This document shows positions 50,170 to 60,566 of a stretch of DNA of 64,000 nucleotides, piece after piece. The translations under genes were made by a program, and so were the position numbers. How positions within the stretch are numbered: the first letter of the stretch is position 1; each line of letters opens with the position of its first letter. Under the pieces are notes generated by a model. It made no database searches. It was not told the DNA's origin and was given only the letters and a program-made list of their open reading frames with translations. Origin of the DNA: Azolla caroliniana (Eukaryota; Plantae; Polypodiophyta); NCBI GenBank assembly GCA_043228905.1, contig JBHGNT010000006.1, forward strand, positions 22,258,001-22,322,000, in the 5' to 3' direction.

Positions 50170-53100
50170 TCACGATGCCTCTTAGGCGAAAGGAAATGAG
50201 TAGATATGATAACAAGTATACAACATACTCCAAGATGCTTTAATGAGGTTACATCACCATATGTTTACAAAAGAATTATCATTTTAGCCTTACCTACATT
50301 TGGAACACAAACCTCTCTTGTCACCCGGTTGACCACTCCGGCTCAACCAGTCTGGATTCGGTCCACTAATCCAGAGAGAAGTTGGACTACATTTGAACTT
50401 AATAATTGTAAAAATTTTATTCAATGTTCCAAACTTCCTTTTCGTTCACTTGTTTCTTCTAAATCTTTAAGTGAGTATTCTAGTTCATTAATTTATTTGT
50501 GTGTAATTGATCCTGCGCTTCAATTTTATTATTTTAATATTGACGCCACACAATTACCACATTATGAACAACGATTACTCGACTCAATTTTAGACGATTT
50601 TCAAGACGTGTTTCCTAACGAATTGCCACTTACTTTACCACCAAAACGTAATGTGAACCGTCAAATTGAACTCATATCTGGTGCTGCTCTTGTGAGCATT
50701 CCACCTTACCAACTTAGTCGATTAAAAGAGGATGAGATCGCTAAACAACTTAAGGAATACTTGAGTATGGGCCACATTAGGTATAGTAAATCACCTTGGG
50801 GTGCGTCAGTTCTATTAGTTAAGAATAAGGAAGGTTCATGGCGAATGTGTATCAATGATCACCGTTTGAATAAAATGACAATTAAAAATGCATATCCGTT
50901 AGCTCGTGCTGATGATTTGATTGATCGTTTGCATGGGGCCCAATATTTTATGAAAATTGACTTACGAACAGGTTATCATCATATTCGCATTGCCGAGGAT
51001 GATATTCCAAAAACCGCTTTTCGTACGCGCTATGGCCATTATGAGTTTTTAGTCATGCTTTTCTGGTTGACTAATGCTCCAGCCACATTCCAACAAGCAA
51101 TGAATGACGTTTTCCTAGATCAACTCGGTGATTTTGTTGTCGTATTCTTGGATGACATTTTGATATATAGTCGTACCTTGCAAGATCATGTTCAACATGT
51201 TCGATTTGTTTTGCAAAAGTTGCGTGACAACTCTTTCTATGCAAAACATTCAAAATGTGATTTTTTCCAAAAATCTATTGCATACCTAAGTCATTTAATT
51301 ATGGAAAATGGCGTTGAAATTGAATGTTCTCGTATTGAAAAGGTTAAACTTTGGCCCATTCCTCATAATATTCGTGAGCTGCGATCATTCTTAAGGTTTG
51401 TTGGATTTTTACGAAAATCAATTCGTAGTTATTCCAAATTGACTACGCCATTACCTGACCTTTTAAAAAGTCATCCACGTAAGTCTGTCAAACCAATTGC
51501 ATGGAATGAACAACTTGACAAATCATTTGAGACACTCAAAAAGCATGTGTGTCAAGCTCCCACTCTTCTATTACCAGACCCTTCTAAGCCTTTCTCAATC
51601 GAAACCAATGCTAGTGATTATGCTATTGGTGTTGTTCTTTATCAAGGCGGTCACCCTATTGCTTTTGAAAGTAAGAAGCTTGATGCTGCTCAATCTCGGG
51701 ATTTGGTTCAAGAGAAAGAGTTGTTTGCGGTAATGCATGCACTTAAAACATGGAGGCACTATCTCTATCATGAACATCGATTGTTCATCTATGACAATCT
51801 CTATGGAAATAAATTTATGGTTACAACATACCATCAATCATTGAAGTATTTTTGTGACCAACCATATCTTGTTGGTCGTAAAGGCAGTTGGGCTGACCTT
51901 ATGCAAGATTTTGATTTTTCCATATGGTATCGCAAGGGTTCTATGAACACTGTTGCAGATGCTCTTAGTCGCATTAAAGAAGTTAACATGCTTAGCTTCA
52001 CGGAAATAAAATCTGATCTTTTAAATCACCTTCGAGGGAAATACCCTGATGACAGTTATTTCTCAAAATACTGGATGAAAGCTGAATCTGGTTTAGATGT
52101 CGTTACTAGCACTCTACCCTCGAATACGACCTTTCACATTTCAAACGGTTCGCTCTACCGTAGTGGAAAGGTCTGTGTTCTAGATTTACCAAACGTAAAA
52201 TAGAAAATTCTTCATGAATGTCATGATGCACCATCTGCTGGTCATCCTGGAATACAACGCACACTCTTTCTAATCTCGAGTACTTTTTTCTGGCCTAAGA
52301 TGCGCTTTGACGTGCATAAATACGTAACTCAATATGGAACGACTTAAAGCTGCTAGTCTATTAAATCCCTTAGATATTCCTGTTGAGAGATCAAGCTCAA
52401 CTTAGGTTAGTTAGTTTGTCAACCATGTAACTTCGTAGTTACCTAGATAGAATCTAGTTAGAAGTGTTGACTATAACGCCTTAGATAGGACCTTGTACTT
52501 AAGTAGGATAATCTAGATCCTCCACTCCCAAGGTCATTTAATATAGGATTTACATAGTTGTACCTATATTCTCCTCACACATGTGCATCCTTGCACATGA
52601 GATCTATATATACCTCATTGATGATATTTTTGTATTTTGATGATGATAATGCTAATTTAATATAGTTACTCATCCCCCATCTTGTGTTGTTCATAAGTGT
52701 ATCTCTCTCTCTCTCTCTCTCTTCCTCTCACCCACATATACACACATATCACTTAATCTTCCGCTTATCACCTTGCCTTACCCCGTAACGTTTGTAATCC
52801 TTAAACGAGTTGGGTCATCTGCTTATCACCTTGCCTTACCCCATAACGTTGGTATTCATCCTGTTTTTCACGTCAGTCATGTAAAACCGGTTTTAGGCTC
52901 TGGTGTTCACACCATCACAATACAAGATCTTGTAACATTAGAGGATTTTTCTTACAAACCTCATGTTCCTGAACAAATTCTTGATTCTCGTACTAAACGT
53001 TTACGTTCTAAAGAGATTCGACTATTCAAGATCAAATGGATGGATAAACCTATTGATGATGGCACATGGGAATGCAAGCATACTCTTAAGGCACAATTTC

Positions 53101-53618
53101 CTCACTTTATATTGCAAGAGTGCAATCTTTTAAAGTAGGGGAGTATGTTATGTACATATAATGTTGGTGAGGGTAGGTCACTAATATTTATATTAGTGAA
53201 GGGTATGTTCACTAATGTTAAAAAGGGGGCTAATGTGATTAGATAGAAGGAATGATAAGTGCATGCACTAACATGATTTGGGCAACCAATGAATGAAGAT
53301 CCTTTTAGAAAGGCACATCTATTCAAGGGGCCTAGGAAAAGGTATAAATATGAGGCTTAGCTACCCTCATAAGGATTACATTGAAAGGCTATTGTCTTAG
53401 ACACCGGTGGTGCGATCTAGGCTTTCGTCTTGATGATCATCTTTATCTCTTCCAAGGTATTAGTCATCCTAATATCCGGCGGTATGGGACGTTGGTGGTA
53501 GGTTGGCTATGTCTAGATCATAGCTCGAGGGTGGTCGGGTGGAACGAGTTCTTCTATCCAATATATTTTCCTTCTTTTACTTTAGTTTGGTCTATTGATT
53601 AGTAATAGATTCTTAACA
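50170..53618 (+). mobile_element. Decayed Ty3/gypsy chromovirus-type LTR retrotransposon (RT-RNaseH, integrase ZF, chromodomain, PPT, 3' LTR)
   Basis: ORF 50206-52203 has RT (KIDLRTGYHHI, PKTAFRTRYGHYEF, VFLDDILIYS) and RNaseH (ETNASDYAIG, EKELFAV, NTVADALSR). Integrase ZF HECHDAPSAGH follows a stop. Chromodomain EQILDSRTKRLRSKEIRLFKIKW..TWE in ORF 52773-53138. PPT agtaggggagta, then LTR 53146-53618 (TGTTA...TAACA). Gag, protease and integrase core are missing. Confidence 0.9.
52381..52757 (+). mobile_element. Unrelated LTR-like insert at the integrase deletion point
   Basis: Starts TGTTGAGAG and has TATA-like, (CT)n and (CA)n tracts typical of small LTRs; 3' end unclear. Confidence 0.5.
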
Positions 53619-53958
53619 ATTAGATAGATCCAAGTGTATCAGGTGAAATCGTTGATGAAGGAGACAAAATACCGATTCCCGCCAATGCTCACGTTTTGTG
53701 CCGGTCCCCACACATCCGAATGGATGAGATCAAGCCGGTTCTGGCTTCGATTCTTCTCATTGGGGAATAGAAGCCTATGTTGCTTCCCAAGCTGGCAAGC
53801 TTCACATATTTGGCCTTTCCGACCACTGAACTTCGGTAGTCTGAAAACTACGTGTTTCGACTGCAACTCTTGAAGCTTCTGTAAATTGATGTGTCCAATC
53901 CGCTTGTGCCACAAGTCAATGTCCGACTCGACCTTTTGCCCTTTCATGAACATAGTGG
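53619..53958 (-). mobile_element. Ty1/copia pol fragment (GAG-pre-integrase and integrase N-terminus)
   Basis: LWHKRIGH...CEACQLGKQHR...LDLIHSDVWGP...YFVSFINDFT; cut on the left by the gypsy LTR and on the right by the foldback LTR. Confidence 0.9.
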
Positions 53959-55469
53959 CGTCGTGTGGTTCTTCACACATGATATGAAAAATAGTGAAAT
54001 AATTATTTTAGATTAGATTAATGGCTTGGTATAAAAAGATAGACATCTTCAATAGTATCAAAACGCATTTTACTACATATAAAATGGACAACTACATGTC
54101 AAGTTATGTTAATATGAAGTTTGAGAAGATAAGGAAAACATAATTGTCAAATATCCCACATAGATAAGAAACTTTTGGATCCAACACTATATAAGTAGGT
54201 TGAGAACCATTAGTTTATATCTATGTGTTAAGAGCATAGAAGGAATGGTTGAACTTGGGCTACACTTTTCAGATGGACTAATGTGGCTTTACATACATAG
54301 ATATAAACTAATGGTTCTCGACCTACTTATATAGTGTTGGATCCAAAAGTTTCTTATCTATAGTGTTGGATCCATTCCTTCTATGCTCTTAACACATAGA
54401 TATAAACTAATGGTTCTCGACCTACTTATATAGTGTTGGATCCAAAAGTTTCTTATCAATGTGGGATATTTCATAATTATGTTTTCCTTATCTTCTCAAA
54501 CTTCATATTAACATAACTTGATATGTTACAATTGTCCATTTTATATGTAGTAAAATGCGTTTTGAAGCCATTAATCTAATCTAAAATAATTATTTCATTA
54601 TTTTTTATATCGTGTGTGAAGAACCACACGACATTCACCCCCACCAAACCTACACATCCACCGGTATGTGACAATTGTGGTGAGGTTTTATCCTTCAAAC
54701 CAGACGGACGGACGATGACAGAACTGGACTGGACGGATTGGATCGGATTAGATGCAACTGGGTCGAATAGATCGGGCCAGATGCAACCGAACGGATCAGA
54801 TGGGCAACGGTCGAGACGGACGGATCATGCACGGGCCGAACTTTACGGATGATAAGATCATGTGAATGAACTAAAGTAAAGTAAAGTAAAGTAAAGTAAA
54901 GGTCATGTGGATGCATGCAATTGAACTCAAGATGGAAACTGGAGTTCCTTCATGCAAGTACGAGAAGGGAGGAGAAAAGTTATCTCTCGATAATCCATAG
55001 ATCCTAATGGTCCTTAGGGTATCGAATCCATCTCTCATCGACGCCAAGAATCCTAATTATCTTATCGAATCCATCTCTCATCGAAGCCAAGAATCCTAAT
55101 TACCTTATTGAATCCATCTCTCAAGGAAGCTAAATACCCTAATTTTCTAATCGAAGCCAAAAACCCTAATTTTTTTATCGAAGCCAAAAACCCTAATTTT
55201 TTTTATTGAAGCCGAAAACCCTAATTTTTTATTGAAGTCGAAAACCCTAATTTTTTTTATCGAAGCCTAAAACCCTAATTTTCTTATCAAAGCCATATCT
55301 CACAAAGCCTAAACTTCAGTAATCCCAATCTTGGGATTGATTGTAATTTTTCTTTTCCTTTGGTAATGAAAAATATCAAAATTTCTGATTTTCATTAATT
55401 CTTAATACATAACGCAAGAATTTGATATCCTCTGGTCGAAGCCCCCGAGGTCCTGCCTCAAGTTCACGA
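53959..55469 (-). mobile_element. Element C: 3' end of a non-autonomous LTR element whose LTR (53959-54633) is a foldback
   Basis: Termini (C)GTCGTG...CACGACA, followed by the PPT complement TTCACCCCCACC and hairpin CACATCCACCGGTATGTG, the same arrangement as in elements A and B; interrupted at 55470 by element A. Confidence 0.75.
55021..55310. repeat. Graded tandem array (43-bp units changing to ~28-bp telo-box units)
   Basis: atcgaatccatctctcatcga(c/a)gccaagaatcctaatt units change into at(c/t)gaagccaaaaaccctaattttttt units; an (AAAGT)n tract lies at ~54873-54900. Confidence 0.85.
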
Positions 55470-58400
55470 TGTCGCGTTATTACGCGCGTGCGTGTAGGAA
55501 TGGGCGGGACCACGGGGGTCTCGGACGAGGAAGAGATGGGTGTCGAGAAGCCGACTTTTCTCCAGTTTGGGTTAGACTGGTTGTGGTGCACCCCAGAGTG
55601 ATTCCGGACGCATACCAGCGGCTACCGAACACGAGAGAGGAAGAGAGAGAGAGAGACCACACGCACAATACCGACTCAACACACCTCTTGTGTACAGGAA
55701 ACAAAGGGGGAGAAACGCACCTGACACCAACATAGACACAAATACGCACAACCTTATTTATATATATAAATATAGGTGCAAGATACAATACCAGCTTTGA
55801 GCCGGACCAAGGGAGGTTAGGTTGCAATAGTCGCCTACTGCCAAGCTGCTAATCGGGGAGCTCTCGGGCTCGTCGCGCTGAGCGGGGTCTTGCACAGGAG
55901 ACCGAGCAGAAGCAGACCCCACTGAACATACAAGCTCTTTACCGAGTTGAACCCTAAACAGACACGAAGAAGAAGACCTCAAGAAACTCTAAAGTAAGAA
56001 GAACTAACACACCTTCGACCTAAGTGGTATACCCTCCTAACTCAAAATGGGCAACCACTTCAAAAGGGACCCCTCCCTTCCTTTTATAGCCCAAGGAAGG
56101 AGAGGCGTTACAATGTGGGATAAATTCCCGCATCTTATTCTATACATTGTTTCCTACTTTACACGTGCACATGTTGCACACCACCGACTTGCTCGTTCCA
56201 CCCCGGTTTCAAACAATAGCCGGAAATCTTCATGACATCCACCCCCACCAAACCGCACATCCACCGGTATGTGCCAAGAAAGGAAAAGGGTGAGAGATTT
56301 CGGCGACAGTGATTAACCGGGTCATCCGCCTTACCGGCACCCGACCATCTTGCCGGCTCCTTACCGGCGCTGACCCGTCTTGTCGGCTCCTTATCGGCCC
56401 CGATCCGTCGACTCCATCCGACCCACTAGGTCTAACGTTGCGCCTTCCTCCCCGGTCGGTCCTCCCGGATGCCGTTGTCGACTTGGCCACTCCGACTTTG
56501 TCCACCATGTATGCCCTTCGATTGGGCCCCCGGTCACTTCGGTTGTATGTCGGATTCTGCGCCTCGCATGCCGCGTATGTCCCTCCGTCGGTTCGATTGT
56601 CTCCGTGCTCGCCTTCCACAGGCACTTCCCGTGTGTCGTTATCGTTCCCCGAATGCGCATTCGTTCTTCAATCCTTGGGTGACCCCAATACACTCTCCTT
56701 GTTCCTTCTATGGCCACCGTGCCGTGTGGCGTCTTCCGACTTCCTTGTTCGGCACCGCCTGTGCCAAATGTCGTCCCTTACCCGTGCTTGCTTCGGCCCT
56801 CGATGGCCACTCGCACGTCTCTTGTTCCGTTCCGTGCTTACCCCTCACCGGCTTCCTCCCGAAATCGTAACGGGCCAGAAAGGGTTCGGCCACCATCAAC
56901 TCCAGCCTTGCCTGCTCTCGATCCGCTCTTCCTGCATTGCCGGTTCCTGCTTCCTGCCGCCACCATCCTTCTCACTCGGTCTCACGTTGCCACATCGGCT
57001 TGAACTGCCAGTGTCTCCGGGTTGGTGTGAGGATTCCATAGGACCGATCTTTCTTTCTCTTCTCCCTCCATCCGCTTTGTCTTCCAGCCCGGTTTTGGTT
57101 AGTGGCCGATTGCCGTCCCTTTGCTTGATCCCGCTCACCTACTGCCACCATCTTTCTCACTCGGTCTCACGTTGCCACGTCGGCTTGAACTGCCAGTGTC
57201 TCCGGATTGGTGTGAGGATCGCCGTAGGATCGCCCATCCGCACTTCCCACATCGTGGGTTCCCGTTTCCTGCCGCCACCATCCTTCTGACTCGGTCTCAC
57301 GTTGCCATGTCGGCTCGAACTGCCGGTGTCCCCGGATTAGTGTGAGGATCCCATAGGACCGGTCTTTCTTCCTTTGCTTCCGAATCGGTTTGTATAGGCC
57401 GTGACCTCCACGTCCTCGCCACCACCCGCCTTCTCTCCGGTCTTATGTTGATCTGCAACCGCCGTAGTCTCGGGAACGAGTGTGGAGGACCCATACTTCA
57501 GTCAACCGCCTCTTCCGTTTCTCTTCGTCACCGTTGTTCCCCTTTCTTGCGCTTCCCCAACATCTCCCTTCTCTTTCGGTCCCACGTTGCCATGTTGGCT
57601 CGAACTGCCGAAGTCTCCGGTCAAGATGTGGGGTAACCGATTTCGTAACGACTCTCGACGACTCGTCCCAAGCCACCGACCCTTTTAGTGGTGTCGGTGG
57701 ATAGCATCCGTTCTGTGATCAACCAAGCCCGCCTGGGCTTGATTCTCCAATGTCCAGAGTTTCGGCTCCGATGCCAATCCCGCCAGACTCATTCCGAACC
57801 CTTGATCATCTTCCTTTCGATTCCCGACCTTCGCCCGATTGGTCTTTCTCCCCATGTAAAAGAGGGCGGCTCGTTCCGCACCTTCTCCCGTATCGGCACC
57901 TTGATGCCGATTCTAGCCCCGGTCGAACAATCCACGACCGGATCGCGCTCCACCTAAATCGGAGCGCCGTGCGGTTCAGTCCCTGGTCGGGTCGTTTCTT
58001 GGTCTCTTCGTCGACCTTCTCGCGGGCCATCTCCCATCCATCTTCGCTGGCATTGTGCCAGGACTCCTCGATACTGTCATCCTTCTCCTCGGTCTCACAT
58101 GGGCGTAAGGGCTTGAATGCCGAGTTCTCCGGAATTGGTTCCGACGGCTTTTGTCCGTTCCTTTCACGTATCATCTCGCCAACGATTCTCGGTCTCACGC
58201 TGCCGCCTTTCTCCTCTTGGGATTCATGTGGGCACTCGGGCCCAACTACCGTCGTCTTGGGACCAAGAGTGGGAAGACGCGTAGAATCGCCCATCCTATT
58301 TACGTGTAGAATCTTCGTGGTCGGCGGTCGTCTCCTTACCGATCACGCAAGCCCCGCCTGGCCTTGCTTCTCCAATGTCCGGAGCCTCGGGCTGACGTGC

Positions 58401-59424
58401 CCGAAACCGCCGGTCCCAACGTTCCGATTCTGCGACCGGTATATTGGCCTTGTCCTTGGTCGTTCTATCTCCGTAGTCTGAGAGGGCGTTTTGTTCCGCA
58501 CCGTCTCCTGTGCTACTGTGGTACCAGTCTTCTGCCATCTTGTGGGGCAAGCTCGTCTCCTCGGTGTCGGCTCGCGGCCTTGGTCTTTCCTCTTCCTCGA
58601 GCATTGCCTCGAGAGCTACATACGCCTCCGCAATCCTGGCCCCGATGCCGAGCCTTGCTGACTCTCTTTGCCGTTCAGGCTCTTCCCGCTATGATGGCAC
58701 GCCGTTGCGCGCCTTCCTCTTAGCCTTCTTGGCTTGCTCGTCATCTACCCGTTGGCATACCCTTCTGACCTTCGACCAGTCCTCCGTAAGGCCATTCGCT
58801 CCATCCGCGTCTTCGAGCTCAATCCTGATGGGCTCCCGTTCCGCTCGGTTGATCGACCTAACGAACAATAGGACTTTGTTCACCCCCACCAAACCTTGCT
58901 CTCGCTCCGGGAGACGAGCAAGCCATCGCTCGAACTCTCGGAACGTCTTCGTTGCGCCCCGGTGGGTCTTCGCCGATGCCACCCACTAGTCGAAGCCGCG
59001 TCTTCCTCGGCTCTTCCGCCGTCCTCGATATGCCTGCATGAGCGCCTCTTCGAAGGCCTCCCACGAACTATGAGCTTCTTGGAGCTCCTTCACTTCCGTG
59101 TGCATGCGGATGACGACGATCCGACAGAAGAACTCCAGCCTCAATGCCTCGTCTACATTTCGCTCCTCCATTTCCGCATTGTAGGATTCCAAGTAGAATG
59201 GGACTTTGTCCCTGTTGAAACGGCCGACTCTTTCGACCACTCGCTCAACCGCTTGTTGCGTCGTCTCTCTTCTTGTTGTTGCTCGTCCAAACTCCCTCAC
59301 CGCCTCAATGAAAAGTTACCTGAAGTCGTCTTCTTCCAACTCCATTCTCCCTTGCCGCCCCTTCACGTCGGGTTCACCAAATATGTCGCGTTATTACATG
59401 CGTGCATGTAAGAAGGGGCTGGAC
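55470..59424 (-). mobile_element. Element A: gag-only LTR retroelement with tRNA-Trp PBS, gag pseudogenised, 5' LTR truncated
   Basis: 3' LTR 55470-56237 (TGTCG...TGACA), PPT and hairpin 56255-56274. Gag in stop-broken frames (58986-59300 and 58689-58982: FNRDKVPFYLESYNAEM...WEAFEEAL...FD*WV...NGLTEDW). PBS TTCACGTCGGGTTCACCA at 59362-59379. Only ~40 nt of the second LTR (59384-59424). No pol motifs. Confidence 0.85.
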
Positions 59425-59973
59425 TGTCGAATACGAGTGTATAATGGCCGTATTCACACTGTCCCTTTGGACAACCCAAGTTCGGGCTATTTCTGTAAAT
59501 AGCATAAAGGGCAGTTGCCCTAGGATAGTCACTATATAAAGTGACTTTGTAACCTTTAGTGAAGGTTGGTTGTCATTTGTAATGATTGCTATTGGAATAT
59601 AATTGTTCCTTTGTGCCTCTCTCTCTCTCTCTCCCCCTCTGTGTCTATCTTGCTCATGCATACACAGATTCCTTCATCACGAATGTTGCTTGCACTTCCT
59701 TCCGCATTAACGACCTTGCCATAAGACCATACCTCAAACCCCATGTAATTTTTCATTTATAATGTTAATTACATGTTTTTAATTATGCTTCTCTCCCTCT
59801 CTCTCTCTCTTCTAATCGTGTCTTAATTATGTTTCTCTAGTTCGTAATAGCACCTCTCTATTTCATTTCTATTAGTATGGTAATCCTCTTCCCTCCCCGT
59901 AACCCTTGTTTTTAAATTTTAATTATGTTTTTCGTCTCGTATTTTAGTTTTAATCTTAGGTTTATTTATGTCT

Positions 59974-60007
<34 letters not shown>

Positions 60008-60091
60008 AGTTTTAATCTTAGGTTTATTTACGTTTTAATCTCTCACTCTCTCTCTTTCTCTTTAGTTTTAATCTTAGGTTTATTTATGTTT

Positions 60092-60137
<46 letters not shown>

Positions 60138-60498
60138 TTTAATTAGTATGTTAATCCCCCTCCCTTTAAGCCTATCTTTTAATTTTAATTTCTTCTTAAT
60201 TACCCCACCCTTTACTTTATTTTTAGGTTCATGTTTCTAGATTTAGATTTCATGTTTGTTAGTTTTCGGGTTATGTTTTTTGTTTTAGTGTTTATGTTTC
60301 TAATCTTAGTGTTTTAAACCCCCACCCCTCTTCCTTTTTGTTATTCCTAATCATGCCGGCTCCCTCTCCTTTCTTCTACCTCGTCTTCGATTCGGGTGCG
60401 CTCAAATCGAGCGTGGTGTTCCTCTTCGCCTACCTCTACCCGCCGATTATCGACCATTCCGCACTCCTTGTTCCGACCGTAAGGTCCATAAACTTACA
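59425..60498 (+). mobile_element. Truncated unrelated LTR element (LTR ~59425-59679, AT/CT-rich leader, possible ORF start)
   Basis: TG...CA bounded ~255-bp segment with TATATAAA, then (CT)n-rich tandem repeats; inserted in element A's second LTR. Confidence 0.5.
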
Positions 60499-60566
60499 AT
60501 GACGACGATCCGACAGAAGAACTCCAGCCTCAATGCCTCGTCTACATTTCGCTCCTCCATTTCCGC

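Noticed and set aside
59362-59379. Perfect match to the tRNA-Trp 3' end including CCA (also 63309-63326)
   Set aside because: Only 18 nt and adjacent to an LTR: a primer-binding site, not a tRNA gene.
55376-59502. Many overlapping long ORFs on both strands (e.g. 56309-57289 +, 57750-58481 +)
   Set aside because: GC-rich repetitive interior of element A; these are antisense or alternative frames of the decayed gag tail with no recognisable domains.
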